Shown: positions 49,639 through 60,213, numbered from the whole stretch's first letter. The stretch: DNA of 60,213 nucleotides, filler included, from 8 parts of 8 records of this genome joined end to end with filler, not necessarily neighbours in it; one strand, 5' to 3'. Notes: a model not told the origin generated them from the letters alone. A program made the numbers and translations.

Positions 49639-51594
49639 TCCATGGTGTCTGTATCGTCTTCGTCTCGGACGTCTGCCTTGACGTCGGGGTCGTTGCGGAA
49701 GTGTGGATGCGCGCCCTCGAAGGTCACAGGCTCTGCACCATTGAGATCTCCCAGAAGCGGGCGATGCGGACCGGCAGCGTGACGCCGTTCCGCGGTATCG
49801 GCATGGCGCATGAAGCGCACCGTTCCGGCATCAAGATCTTCGGAGGTCCGCGGAAGAGAGATCAGCCCGGAAAGGCGCTTCAGCCGGTAGGCTTCGGCAT
49901 TAGCTGCATTGATGAAATCGCGCCGCGCAATGCGCTCGGCCTCATCTTCTTCTGAGCGTTCCGCCAACCAGATCCGCAGATCCGTATCTGTCTTGCCAAT
50001 CCAACGAGGGTCGCATGCAGGCACGGTGTGCCGGGGACCATCATCGGCTCGCACGGAAATGGCCCCGATGTCGCCGTCCCAGCGGAGTATCTTGATGTCG
50101 TCGACCTTCTCGCGGAGGAACGTCTGCATGACGGCAGCATCGGACTGGTAGTCGATATGCTGAACCCGGAGGCCTTTCCGGGAGAGCTTGCGGCGCGTCT
50201 TCACCCCGAAGACCTCGCGCATTTCAGTGCTGGTCAGCGATCGGGGAGGGCATTCGCGGCTAGCTTTCTCCCAGGCTTTGGCCGGCGACATGCCAAGGGC
50301 GGAGTGATTTTTGGTATGATAAGCGTCTACGACCCACCGAACGAGCCAGCAGAGAAAGGCCTCAAGGGTCAGCGTGGCGCGGGCGCCTGCGTCGTTCTCT
50401 CCGCGCTCAACCACGTTGCTGAAGGCTCGGCCTGAGAAGCGGAGCAGGAGGTCATTGTGGAGTGTTCTGAAAACACGCTCGATGTACGGCTTTAGCCACG
50501 GTTTCCCCGCGGGAGCCCCGAGGTTGGTGATGCCTAGATCCGCAAGGATGTCATATGCGTTTTCGGCGATGTATTTATCACCGCGGTCGAAGACGATTGC
50601 CTCAGCGGCTCCGCCCATGGGCCATCCGAACTTTGCGCCAGCCGCATCGGCGATCGGCGACTTGTCCATGTAGATCATCTCGAGCGTCCGGGCGAGTGGA
50701 CTGTCGGTTGCTTGAGGCACGATCTGCAGGGCGAGGAAGCACCGGGTGTGAACATCGATCGCACCGGAGAGCGTGACTCTGCATGCTTTACCGTCCAGGC
50801 CGATCACCTGCTTGATCGAGGCGGGAAGATGGTCGAAGAGGCTCGTGTCCCGCATGAGGACGAAAAGGTCGACCGTGTATTCATCCACCTCTACCCGTTC
50901 GAGCAGCCTTGAGGTCTCGATCCCCATCCCCAGAGTGTGAAGATCCTTGTACGCCTTGTCTCGTCCGTATTTCCGCAGGGCGTGGTCGATCGGCGCGAGT
51001 TCCCGGATCTTACCGGCAAGATGATCGTAACCAGGGCGCTTGAGCTTCGGGGCGGGGACGGGCAGGCGTTCCCGGCGATCGTTTTCGGCATCGATCGCGG
51101 CCTGCACGCTTTCCACGAAGGACTTGACCGTTGGACGTTCGGCATCCCACAGCATGTCGAGCTGCCGCTCGATGAAACTGGCCGTCTCGTCGTCAAAGCG
51201 CTTGTAGCGACCGCAGTTACGGTACTGATCGAACAGGCCATCGTCGCCGTGGATCTTCCACTGCCAGTACCATTTCTACATCGTGTGGCCGGACTTGAAG
51301 CCTTGGTGGAATTCGGCGGCGCGTTCCTGCTCCTTTCTGCGCTTCTGAACCCTGGTGCCACCGCGCTTGGAGAAACGCATGGACTGTGCGGCCAGATACT
51401 CGCGATATCGCTGCGACCCTTTGGCGACGATGCTGACAATCTTGTGGCCAAAGTCGTCCCGGATCGGCTCGAGTTGCCCTCCGTCCAACATGTCCTGAAT
51501 CGCGAGCACGAACCGTTTTCGGAACCGTTGTCGGGCGATCTCGGTCTGAACGCGATGGCTACGGCGGACAGCCTTGGCGTCGAATGACTTGGCC
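49635..51594 (-). pseudogene. tniA: TniA/TnsB-like DDE transposase with an in-frame TAG at 51276-51278 and a missing 5' end
   Basis: VEVDEY, AIDVHTRC, VFDRG, KPYIERVF, YHTKNH; ORFs 51276-51509 and 49635-51155 are in the same frame. Confidence 0.82.
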
Positions 51595-52029
51595 GTCCTT
51601 CAGTCGGCCGAACATGATCTCGATNNNNNNNNNNNNNNNNNNNNNNNNNNNNNNNNNNNNNNNNNNNNTTAATTAATTAANNNNNNNNNNNNNNNNNNNN
51701 NNNNNNNNNNNNNNNNNNNNNNNNCGCCCATGAATGCAATGAATACAGCGGCAATTCGCGTCGAGTGAAGATTGGATTGGCTAGAGAGTAAGTCGCGATA
51801 AAGCTGAAATACTGACCGTTTGGATACGAATTCCGGCACTTTGGCGTGAATGCGGTGGGAAATACAAAAAAGGCGACCTAAACTTGTGATGAAATTGCGC
51901 GAGTATGCAGCGCTTCATTCCGTGAGCTTCAATCGCGCAAAACATCTGCTGATTAGTAACAGGGCGAGTGTTGTGGAATTAGCTGCAATACAAGAATGCC
52001 GCCTGGTGCCGCCGGACAACAAAACACAA

Positions 52030-52056
52030 AAAGGTCGCCTGAAACAGGCGACCTTT
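52030..52056 (-). terminator. Terminator after rplS
   Basis: AAAGGTCGCCTG-AAA-CAGGCGACCTTT with an A-run on its left (U-tail on the minus strand). Confidence 0.85.
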
Positions 52057-52119
52057 GGAATTTTAACTGGAGTTCAATAGAGCTGGACTGCCAGGCAGTT
52101 TGAAGCTCGATTGACCTTC

Positions 52120-52500
52120 TTAGTTGATCTTTTGGCGCATTTGTTTGTTCGTCATACCGCGCAGGAAATACAGCTTGGCGCGACGAACATTGCCTTGAGA
52201 TACAACGTGAACACCCTGGATAATTGGTGAGTGAAGTGGGAAAACCCGCTCCACGCCAATGCCATTGGAGAGTTTGCGAACGCGGAACGTTTCACTGATA
52301 CCAGATCCGCGGCGTCCAATTACGACACCTTTGAATTTCTGGATACGTTCTTTTTCACCCTCTACAACGCGCACAGCTACTTCAACTGTGTCACCAGGAC
52401 GAAAGTCAGGAATAACAACGTCTTCGCCATTGTTATTCTGTTTGCGGAGCGCGTGACTTTCAGCAATCGCGAGCTCATCTATAACGGCCAAATCCTTCAT
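52120..52500 (-). CDS. rplS: 50S ribosomal protein L19
   Basis: [42 protein letters not shown]. Confidence 0.97.
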   Translation of the reverse strand: MKDLAVIDELAIAESHALRKQNNNGEDVVIPDFRPGDTVEVAVRVVEGEKERIQKFKGVVIGRRGSGISETFRVRKLSNGIGVERVFPLHSPIIQGVHVVSQGNVRRAKLYFLRGMTNKQMRQKIN

Positions 52501-52651
52501 GACCCACCTATCCTTTTGAAAAAAGCAAGACTTCAAAGCTACGGGTATTTTGGGACTGATCCAAAGCTTTTTTGGGAATTTTACATTTTGATCAATTTGC
52601 GAAGCACGAGGACCGCGTGAAACCTAAGCCGGCAAGCAGAGTAGGAAACGT

Positions 52652-53356
52652 TTATTCTCTTTCCGGCAAGACTGTAGTCAGGCTCAGCACACTGGTGAAT
52701 GGTAGAGTAGCCAAGGGTAGTATTTGCCTGGTGGAAGAGATCAGCTCCATCTCCAGAGTGCGAGAGGCCTCTTCATAACTTACACGCAGTTCACACTCTT
52801 CTACCGGATTCACACGACTCGGATACACAAAGCGACGCTCGGGGGGACCGGGAGTAATGACTTCAAACTCGAACCCGGCAGCACGGTCATCGACCACCCT
52901 GGGATCTTCTGTCAGAATCACAGGCGTGCCGTCGGTAGGAATCTGCTTGCAGCGTATGGTTAGGGAGTTCAGTACCCATTCTTCTGGGTTTCCCGGCCGC
53001 GGAAATTCAGTAGTACCGCTTGCAGGAGTGCGTCTGGCCGTCAAGTCGATATCCAGTTCGGGAACGTCAGGAGCGCTATTTAGCTGTGCCTGAAATTCAA
53101 TATTGTTAAAGTTCTGTTCTCGGTTATCAATATCGCCACGTAATGTTACCAGGAAGTCTTCAACACCCGACTCATCAAAGTCACGGATTGCATTCAGCTC
53201 GGTAACGGTGCGGGCATCCGTCAAGTCGGGTGCGGAAGCATCGTCACAGCCATTGCTTATAAGTACAAAAGCCCCCAGACACAAAACGCACGCTAATGCG
53301 TGCGTTTTGGATAAGAGGCTTGCAGATCGAGCATTATTTCTGAATGTTGGCGTCAT
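52652..53356 (-). CDS. Hypothetical lipoprotein
   Basis: Hydrophobic signal ending ISNG-C; start moved to ATG 53356 to avoid overlap. Confidence 0.7.
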   Translation of the reverse strand: MTPTFRNNARSASLLSKTHALACVLCLGAFVLISNGCDDASAPDLTDARTVTELNAIRDFDESGVEDFLVTLRGDIDNREQNFNNIEFQAQLNSAPDVPELDIDLTARRTPASGTTEFPRPGNPEEWVLNSLTIRCKQIPTDGTPVILTEDPRVVDDRAAGFEFEVITPGPPERRFVYPSRVNPVEECELRVSYEEASRTLEMELISSTRQILPLATLPFTSVLSLTTVLPERE

Positions 53357-53384
53357 TAAAACACCTGACGTCTTCAACGTTTGA

Positions 53385-54788
53385 TCAAAATAGAGCGTAA
53401 GAGAACCCAAGGTGCAGGCCACGTTTCTGCGAACTGTTCGTGCCACCCGGAATCGAGTAGAGCAGTTCAGAGTAGTGCCAGGCCATGTCGAGCTCCACGA
53501 GATTAAAGAAGCGCGCTGAGGCTCCGGCCGTAAAGCGGCCCAGGAATGCATTGGTTGTACCGTACCCGGCCTGCATCTCCACATATGGCGTCACAAAGTC
53601 TGCAACCCGCAGGCGTTCCGGACTAAAACGCGCCGTAAGACCACCCCAGTCGATCATTGGATTCTGGCGGTATTCCAGCAGGCGATTATCGGCATCGCGG
53701 AAGCGGAAGACCTGACCAAACTGCTCGCGTCCATAGGTCAAACCAAGTGTCCAGTCTGGACTAATCGAATAGAGCAGATCAATTGACACATTCTGGTCGG
53801 ACTGCGAATTCTCAAGTTCCGGCGCCGCGCTGCTGCTTGCAACGTCAGGCGAAGAGACTCCACCAATGTAGTTCACGCGAAACTTAAAGCGGCGTGCATC
53901 GGGAATAACGACAGCTGGGAAAGCCAGAGGATCAAATTGACTTACGCTGGGAGAGTTTGGTGTTGTGTTGGGCGAACTGGCAGACGGCAAGGTGGCCGAA
54001 AGCAGAACTCCCTCACTCAGCACGGCTGCTTCTGCGCGCGAGTTGTTCGCATCATTGGCTGCAGCGTTTGCCGCCTGAGCTCTGGCATCAGATACGAGAG
54101 CGGCGGCTGAAGATCCACCGGCATTACTCAATGCCTGTGTGTTACCGGAATTGTCAGTTGCAGCAGAATTCTGGCTCCAGGCCTCAGCGGATTCGGAAGC
54201 GCCGTTTGGCGTCGTGGAACCAACTGCTGACAGCTGGGCATCCTGAGGCTCACTCAGAGACTGACTTTGATACTCACCCAAAGTCTCAAGGCCTCCGGCG
54301 ACGCGCTCTTGTGAGGATTCAAGCTGAGCGTCCGCATCCAAGGTTCTTGCAGGGGTTAGGGATGCAAAATCGGACGAAGTTGATTCCAACGCGCCGCCGG
54401 TGTCATCACCAACGTTAACGAGTGTGACGAGCGTAACAAGTACTGCTAAAATTGCCGTGATGCCATATAAAACGGCAGACCGACGATTCGACCACGTCGT
54501 AGACGCGGCGGCCGCACCTGCAGCAGGCGGGATGGGAGTGGGAACAGCCGAAACCGGCGCATTCATTCCCAATCGTGTAAATAGCTGGGAGGTAGCCGCA
54601 GCGGGTGCGGTCAACTGCCCACCATAATACTTCAGTGAGGACCGAATTTTTTGATGCTCGTTGAACTGGCGGCGCAATTCAGGGTTGCGACCCAATTCGG
54701 CGAATAAGGCGCTCTCCTGGTCAGGTTCAATGCCACCGTCAAAAAAGCCGTGCATCAAATCTTCAGGAGACATGTAGCCTTGGTCCAT
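53385..54788 (-). CDS. Anti-sigma-like protein: N-terminal anti-sigma domain, TM helix, low-complexity linker, C-terminal beta-barrel
   Basis: HGFFDGGIEPDQESALFAEL N-terminus; one TM; Ser/Ala-rich linker; ends LHLGFSYALF; follows an ECF sigma gene. Confidence 0.7.
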   Translation of the reverse strand: MDQGYMSPEDLMHGFFDGGIEPDQESALFAELGRNPELRRQFNEHQKIRSSLKYYGGQLTAPAAATSQLFTRLGMNAPVSAVPTPIPPAAGAAAASTTWSNRRSAVLYGITAILAVLVTLVTLVNVGDDTGGALESTSSDFASLTPARTLDADAQLESSQERVAGGLETLGEYQSQSLSEPQDAQLSAVGSTTPNGASESAEAWSQNSAATDNSGNTQALSNAGGSSAAALVSDARAQAANAAANDANNSRAEAAVLSEGVLLSATLPSASSPNTTPNSPSVSQFDPLAFPAVVIPDARRFKFRVNYIGGVSSPDVASSSAAPELENSQSDQNVSIDLLYSISPDWTLGLTYGREQFGQVFRFRDADNRLLEYRQNPMIDWGGLTARFSPERLRVADFVTPYVEMQAGYGTTNAFLGRFTAGASARFFNLVELDMAWHYSELLYSIPGGTNSSQKRGLHLGFSYALF

Positions 54789-54800
54789 GGTGTTTTACCA

Positions 54801-55373
54801 TCATTTAAGATTAGACAACTCCGAAAGGTAGGGCGACAAGATTTCGCGAAGTTTATCCTTGGCGCGCCACACACGGTTGCGCAAAGCAGGAATGGTATCT
54901 TCGGTAATCTCAGCCATCTCGGCATAGTTCATGCCGTAGATTTCACGTAAAATCAATGCCTCACGGTATTCATCTTCCAACAGATCAATTGAGGTCTGCA
55001 GCAGCTTGAGGAGCTCTTTTTTCTCATAACTGTCATCGAAAGACAAAAACTGAATCTCGTCAAACTCGATAGTAATTTTGCTATCGCGTTTATGATTCAG
55101 GCACAGATTACGTGCAATGCGAAACAGGTAACCCGGCACATTGCCGACTTCCTGGCCTTTAACCGCACTATTGTAGAACTTGACGAATGCGTCCTGGAAA
55201 ACATCGTTGGCCTCATCCGCATGTCCAAGCATGGTCATACAGTAGCCGTAAATACGATGTGAATACCGCGAATACAATTCGGCGAATGCCAGTTCTGCCT
55301 CTCGACCACTTTGGGTCAACAAGGCATACAGGCGCCCGTCGTCAAAATCACTGTATCGTACCGGTTTCTCCAT
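54801..55373 (-). CDS. ECF sigma-70 factor (start could be further upstream)
   Basis: AFAELYSRY, DVFQDAFVK, YLFRIARN, MNYAEMAE..RVWRAKDKLR. Confidence 0.92.
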   Translation of the reverse strand: MEKPVRYSDFDDGRLYALLTQSGREAELAFAELYSRYSHRIYGYCMTMLGHADEANDVFQDAFVKFYNSAVKGQEVGNVPGYLFRIARNLCLNHKRDSKITIEFDEIQFLSFDDSYEKKELLKLLQTSIDLLEDEYREALILREIYGMNYAEMAEITEDTIPALRNRVWRAKDKLREILSPYLSELSNLK

Positions 55374-55722
55374 GCGCTTCGCTCCCCTTTGATCAGGTGC
55401 AACCACAACGCGGGAGAGCGAGTCGCGCTCCTGCACTGAAGTTGTAGCATTTGATCCGTTGGAGAGCCGGTCTTTCATAGTGTTTCCGCATTGGGTCGCC
55501 ACTTTTGTCGCTTTTCAATGATACTCTCAAGCTATTGGGAGAGAAGTCAAAGATGATCGCCTGGCCAACAGGCCCGGCCGCACATCCAGATTCAATGTTC
55601 ATTGTAAAGCCGTCCTTGCAGGGATTCGGCGACGTGAGCAAGACACGGTCACTTCTGTTTCATCACGAGCACTATTACTCTTTTGCTCAAAAAAACTGTA
55701 CAGGGCAGATCGTTGCAGCTTG

Positions 55723-56355
55723 TTAAGCGGGGTCGCGCCGCTCTGCGTCTTGGCTGCGTGCCGCAAATCCAGGGCCAAAAAGTTTTTCAATATATTTTCC
55801 GATCATATCGACTTCAATATTGACTTGGTCATGTGCTCTGGCAAGACCCAGCGTCGTATGTGTCCAGGTGTGCGGGATAATCGCGACGGTAATGCGTGTT
55901 CCCTCAACGCGGGCAGCCGTAAGACTAATGCCATTGATGCAAATCGAGCCAACCGGAATTACATAACGCTCAAACCCATCCGGCAGCTCTACCGTTACCA
56001 GGTGTGAGTCCCCGTCAGGTTCAATCGACCGAATCACGGCGCGGCAGTCTACGTGCCCCTGGACCATATGCCCACCCAGCCTTGTACCAATCTTGACGGC
56101 GCGCTCCAGATTCACCCGGCTCTGCTCTGCAAGCCCACCGATACAGGTCTTCCGCAGTGTTTCCGCCACGCTATGGACTGCAAAAGAATGCGCGCCAATC
56201 GCCGTAACCGTGTGGCACACTCCATTGATTGCCACCGAGTGATCAATCTCAAGATCAGACAGGACTGTGGTACAGCCGATTTCCAGGTCACGACCGCCAT
56301 CGCGCTCCGCTACAGACTTGACTGTGCCTACTTCTTCGATCAATCCGGTAAACAT
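55723..56355 (-). CDS. ribE: Riboflavin synthase (alpha chain; ribC in E. coli naming)
   Basis: MFTGLIEE, SVAINGVC, VNLERA, LGGHMVQGHVD. Confidence 0.95.
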   Translation of the reverse strand: MFTGLIEEVGTVKSVAERDGGRDLEIGCTTVLSDLEIDHSVAINGVCHTVTAIGAHSFAVHSVAETLRKTCIGGLAEQSRVNLERAVKIGTRLGGHMVQGHVDCRAVIRSIEPDGDSHLVTVELPDGFERYVIPVGSICINGISLTAARVEGTRITVAIIPHTWTHTTLGLARAHDQVNIEVDMIGKYIEKLFGPGFAARSQDAERRDPA

Positions 56356-56543
56356 ATCCGCCTCACATATTTTCTGATGCAGTGCTGGAACCTCAGGGAA
56401 CTCCCCCGTTCGGAAATCGTACAACGCAGCCTGAGTGCTTTTATTTGTGCTTAAAAAATCATTACTTTACAGCAAAACCTGTGCCAAGTTTTGGTTGACG
56501 ACTGTGATGCGGTCATAAGCGAACAGATAAGGGGAAGAATACT

Positions 56544-57131
56544 GTGCGACCGATCGATGGTATCCTGGTAGAAGAAGCGGTGCTGAACAGCCCCTTCTTA
56601 TGTGATTTGGACAAGTGCAAAGGCGCATGCTGCACCGCAGAAGGCGGCAGTGGCGCGCCGTTACTGGATGAGGAACTGGAACAAATTGATGCGGCCACGC
56701 CAGCCGCTCTGAAGTATCTGGATCAACGTTCAAAAGCAATCCTGAAAAAACGCGGTGGTTACCTAGGGCAAAGTGGCGCTTATGAAACCATCTGTATTAA
56801 TGACCGCGATTGCGTTTACGTATTCTATGATGGCGATGTAGCCAAATGTGCGCTGGAACGCGCCTTTTTTGAAGGCGAGTCCAGCTTCCGCAAACCCATC
56901 TCCTGCCACCTCTTTCCAATCCGCGCTACAAACTTCGGCCAGGAATACCTCTATTATGAACAGTCTCCGGACTGCCGCCCGGCGATAAAAAATGGTCGCG
57001 AAAAAGGTGTTAAGGTTGCCGGCATGGCTCGCGAAGCCCTGGAACGAGCTTACGGACCAGAGTGGTACAAAAAAGTTGAGCAGTCTCAACAAGCGGCTGC
57101 GGCTACACAAACCGAAAAGCAGCATGAATAA
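56544..57131 (+). CDS. DUF3109-like Cys-rich protein
   Basis: FLCDLDKCKGACC..GAPL..KPISCHLFPIR. Confidence 0.8.
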   Translation: MRPIDGILVEEAVLNSPFLCDLDKCKGACCTAEGGSGAPLLDEELEQIDAATPAALKYLDQRSKAILKKRGGYLGQSGAYETICINDRDCVYVFYDGDVAKCALERAFFEGESSFRKPISCHLFPIRATNFGQEYLYYEQSPDCRPAIKNGREKGVKVAGMAREALERAYGPEWYKKVEQSQQAAAATQTEKQHE

Positions 57132-57167
57132 AACAAGCCTGCACTTGTCTGCTTCAAGGTGGCAGCC

Positions 57168-58871
57168 ATGAATATCGGACTTAGCCTAAGCACCAGCCTT
57201 ACGCAGAAACTGACGCCTCAGCAGGTACAGTATCTGAAACTGCTGCAGCTCAACAGCTTGCAGCTGGAGCAGTATTTGCGTCAGGAGCTTGAGCTAAATC
57301 CCATGCTCGAAGTTGAAAACGAACTGGAGACAAACACCGAAGAGGAACTGACGCAGGAGCTGAACGACGAGCCCGCAGATGACACTGCCGATGGTGACGA
57401 TGAACTTATCGCCGGCGACTCCAATGACGACGACGACTGGCAGGAATACATCGAAGACGAAAGTGGCGTCCCCGCACAGTTTAATGACGATCGCGAGCCC
57501 ATCCCGATCCGCGAAAGCCCTACATTCGTCGATGAACTGCTCGATCAGGTACGCCTCCTCAACCTCGAACATAAGGACCTGATCCTCGCCGAAGAAATTA
57601 TCTGGAGCATCGAACCCAACGGCTACCTGATGCGCAGTCTTGAAGATATCGCCGCGAATACAAATCAGATTCTGGATGCTGAAATCGACGCTGCCCAACA
57701 GGCAAATGAGGACGACGATGAGCATTTTTCTGAAGAAACTGCTCCAACTCACAGCAATGGCAGGTCCCGCGACTGGCAGTCAGGACTCACCGTCGGCTCC
57801 GCCGGAATTCATAGTCATGTTGATAGTTCTTTCGCAGAGTTATCCGCCCACAACACACCCGACGTCTTAACCAGCGAGGCAGCAGATGATGACGCAAAGC
57901 AAAACCACGTAGACACAAACCCCGAACATGTCTCAATTGCTGATGTGGAGCGTGTTCTGCAGCATATCCAGCAGCTCGAACCACCCGGTATCGGTTCACG
58001 TAATCTACGCGAATGTTTAATCGCCCAACTCGATGCCATGCCGCGCCGCAATGCCGCTCAAAAATTGGCACGCCTGGTGCTTGAGCTCTGCTACGAGGCC
58101 TTTGCCAAAAAACACTTCGACGTGATTATTCGCGAGCTGCGCGTCAGCGAAGAATATTTGCGCGAAGCGCTTGACCTGATTCGTACACTGAACCCCAAAC
58201 CTGGCGGCGGCGAAGCTTCACTCTCAACCGAAACTATCATCCCAGACTTCTTTGTGGTTCACGAAGAGGACAAGGACGACTTCCTGGTATATCTCAACGA
58301 CAGCCGCATTCCAGCAATCAGTATCAACCGTGACTACGAACAGATGCGGGTGGACGCACGCAAACGCAAATACAACAAGGAAACACGCCAGTGGCTGCGC
58401 CGCAAACACGACGACGCCAAGTTCCTGCTGCACGCACTTAGACAGCGCCGCGAAACTATGCGCAAAGTTATTACCGCGCTTGTGCACCGCCAACGCGACT
58501 TTTTTGTCCAGGGTGAAAGCGGAATTAAACCGATGATTCAGAAAGATGTGGCCGAAGACACCGGACTCGACATCTCAACCATCAGCCGGGTTGTTAACGG
58601 CAAGTATGTGCAAACTGAATACGGCGTGTTTGAACTCAAATACTTCTTCAGTGAATCTCTCAGCAATGACGACGGCGAGGAAGTATCCACGCGCATTATC
58701 AAAAACAAATTGCGGGAGTTGATTGAGGGCGAAAGCAAAAACAAGCCCTTAAGTGATCAAAAACTCGGCGAAGAATTAAAAGAATTAGGCTTTAACGTGG
58801 CACGCCGCACTGTCGCTAAATATCGCGAACAGTTAAACATCCCAGTTGCGCGCCTGCGGAAGGAACTATGA
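57168..58871 (+). CDS. rpoN: RNA polymerase sigma-54 factor
   Basis: QKLTPQQ, STISRVVNGKY, RpoN box ARRTVAKYRE. Confidence 0.97.
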   Translation: MNIGLSLSTSLTQKLTPQQVQYLKLLQLNSLQLEQYLRQELELNPMLEVENELETNTEEELTQELNDEPADDTADGDDELIAGDSNDDDDWQEYIEDESGVPAQFNDDREPIPIRESPTFVDELLDQVRLLNLEHKDLILAEEIIWSIEPNGYLMRSLEDIAANTNQILDAEIDAAQQANEDDDEHFSEETAPTHSNGRSRDWQSGLTVGSAGIHSHVDSSFAELSAHNTPDVLTSEAADDDAKQNHVDTNPEHVSIADVERVLQHIQQLEPPGIGSRNLRECLIAQLDAMPRRNAAQKLARLVLELCYEAFAKKHFDVIIRELRVSEEYLREALDLIRTLNPKPGGGEASLSTETIIPDFFVVHEEDKDDFLVYLNDSRIPAISINRDYEQMRVDARKRKYNKETRQWLRRKHDDAKFLLHALRQRRETMRKVITALVHRQRDFFVQGESGIKPMIQKDVAEDTGLDISTISRVVNGKYVQTEYGVFELKYFFSESLSNDDGEEVSTRIIKNKLRELIEGESKNKPLSDQKLGEELKELGFNVARRTVAKYREQLNIPVARLRKEL

Positions 58872-59287
58872 TGATCGATCGTATGCTACAGCTCAGCGCA
58901 CATAATTACAACTTGCGTCTCGCTCCCATTTTAACTTTAATTTGCCTTCTGACTTCCACTCTGCTGTTCAGCTGCTCCGGCAACGAAGGTGAGCTTAGCA
59001 AAAAACAGGAAAAGCTCTTCGTGCAAACCTACGTTGAACTGTTAATTATCCGTGAACAATACCCCGACACGTCCGACGCCAACCCACGTGTCCGTGCGCT
59101 CATGGAACAACAGGGTTATAGCGAAGCACTCTTTAAACAACAGTTTAACACACTGGCACAAGACACAGAAAAGTTTCGCGCGACTATTGACTCAGCCAGA
59201 TCGCGTGCACGCTCGATTTTACGTGGAAAAGAACCGACAGACGGCCCAGCCATACAAGACAGCAGCGAACGCCCCACTTCAGATTAA
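58868..59287 (+). CDS. Hypothetical lipoprotein (DUF4296-like)
   Basis: LLFSC lipobox; ATGA overlap with rpoN. Confidence 0.6.
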   Translation: MMIDRMLQLSAHNYNLRLAPILTLICLLTSTLLFSCSGNEGELSKKQEKLFVQTYVELLIIREQYPDTSDANPRVRALMEQQGYSEALFKQQFNTLAQDTEKFRATIDSARSRARSILRGKEPTDGPAIQDSSERPTSD

Positions 59288-59290
59288 CAC

Positions 59291-59971
59291 ATGCACAAAA
59301 CGCCTTCGATTCTTTCCTGGAGTGGTGGCAAGGACTGCATGCTCGCATTGGAGTCGGCGGCCGCAACCCACGAAATCAGCACGTTGTTAAGTATTTGCAC
59401 GCAAGATGAGAATCGCGTCAGCATGCACAATGTGCCGTATTCACTTGTTAAGCAACAAGCCGACGCCCTTGGAATTACCTCAGAGCGCATTACTCTGCCT
59501 GCCTTTCCATCCAACGTGCTCTACGAGCACGCACTCAAACAGTTTTTGGAGTCGCAAAAACTCCGCGGTGTTAACACGGTACTCTTTGGCGACATTTTCC
59601 TCGAAGACTTGCGCACGTACCGCACTAAACAGCTACAAAGAGTTAACATGACCGCCACTTTCCCCTTGTGGGGCAGCAATACGCGAGAGTTGTTATTGCG
59701 CTTCATTAACAGCGGCTGGCGTGCCCTGGTAGTCTGCATCGACGACCGGGCCCTACACAAAGGCTTTCTGGGACGCGAACTCAATGAGGGTTTTCTCAAC
59801 GACTTGCCGGCGCAATGTGATCCCTGCGGCGAAAATGGCGAGTTCCACACCTTTGTTTTTGACGGACCACTTTTTAAGCAGCCTATCGAATTCACCCGTG
59901 GCTCGACTCACACTGCTTTTGTGCACTTTCACTATCTCGACTTGCTGGACTCACAGGCCCACGAACAATAA
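59291..59971 (+). CDS. Diphthine-ammonia ligase-like PP-loop ATPase
   Basis: SWSGGKD, FGDIFL, DPCGENGEFHTFV. Confidence 0.9.
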   Translation: MHKTPSILSWSGGKDCMLALESAAATHEISTLLSICTQDENRVSMHNVPYSLVKQQADALGITSERITLPAFPSNVLYEHALKQFLESQKLRGVNTVLFGDIFLEDLRTYRTKQLQRVNMTATFPLWGSNTRELLLRFINSGWRALVVCIDDRALHKGFLGRELNEGFLNDLPAQCDPCGENGEFHTFVFDGPLFKQPIEFTRGSTHTAFVHFHYLDLLDSQAHEQ

Positions 59972-60213
59972 GCCCTGCCGTTTATTCACAATTACGGGCC
60001 GCTCATACGCTAATTACGGCCTGTTAAGTGTTTCGCGGTATGAATTTCTGGCTAATAGCTGTAGACTTGTAGTGGCGCCCGCTGAGTCGACAAACGGGTG
60101 TTTTTCAGTGGATACATAGCTCTAAACCTGTAGTTTTTCTGTAGGGTGGGAGGAATGTGTACTGGAGGGACTAAAATCGTGGCGGAGGCGGGGTGGCCTG
60201 GGGCTAGGTGGCC

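Noticed and set aside
47180-51624. CRISPR-associated transposon
   Set aside because: No cas gene or array between tniQ and the putative end; the other side is not visible.
7573-51724. Seven copies of TTAATTAATTAA and the ORFs running into the N-runs
   Set aside because: Artificial linkers. Genes on either side are not neighbours, so no cross-contig system was inferred.

Overview
The window is not one locus. It is 8 unrelated contigs joined by artificial 100-nt spacers (N-run, TTAATTAATTAA, N-run). (1) 1-7572: integron cassette array with no intI in view. It has 11 complete cassettes, several defence-like (SEFIR/TIR, DUF3800-like, DUF6119-like, HEPN-like), plus a 13-aa tandem-repeat protein and a seemingly empty cassette that hides a 43-aa membrane peptide behind a switch-like leader (type I toxin-like). 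(2) 7673-13850: GC-rich alphaproteobacterial-like housekeeping DNA (phoD, folP, folK, PAP2, ferredoxin, argG). (3) 13951-22573: AT-rich Bacteroidota-like Mn/Zn/Fe uptake operon (TonB receptor, DtxR/MntR, ABC transporter with a permease-DtxR fusion) and ndk. (4) 22674-28093: SDR, MFS, LysR and aldo-keto reductase. (5) 28194-39179: planctomycete-like DNA carrying one end of a tRNA-Arg-integrated element (iteron origin, Rep, ParAB, repeated operator/leader modules, tRNA 3' att fragment). Beside the origin is a group II intron-like RNA with domains apparently in permuted order (D5-D6-exon-D1). Sulfatases and a RAYT transposase with REP pairs follow. (6) 39280-45887: VOC gene and T9SS-secreted proteins. 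(7) 45988-51624: MYG1 gene abutting a decayed Tn7/Tn5053-like tniA-tniB-tniQ element. (8) 51725-60213: rplS, ECF sigma with a beta-barrel-fused anti-sigma, riboflavin synthase, rpoN. All family calls and taxonomic guesses come from motif recognition by eye; no searches were run.
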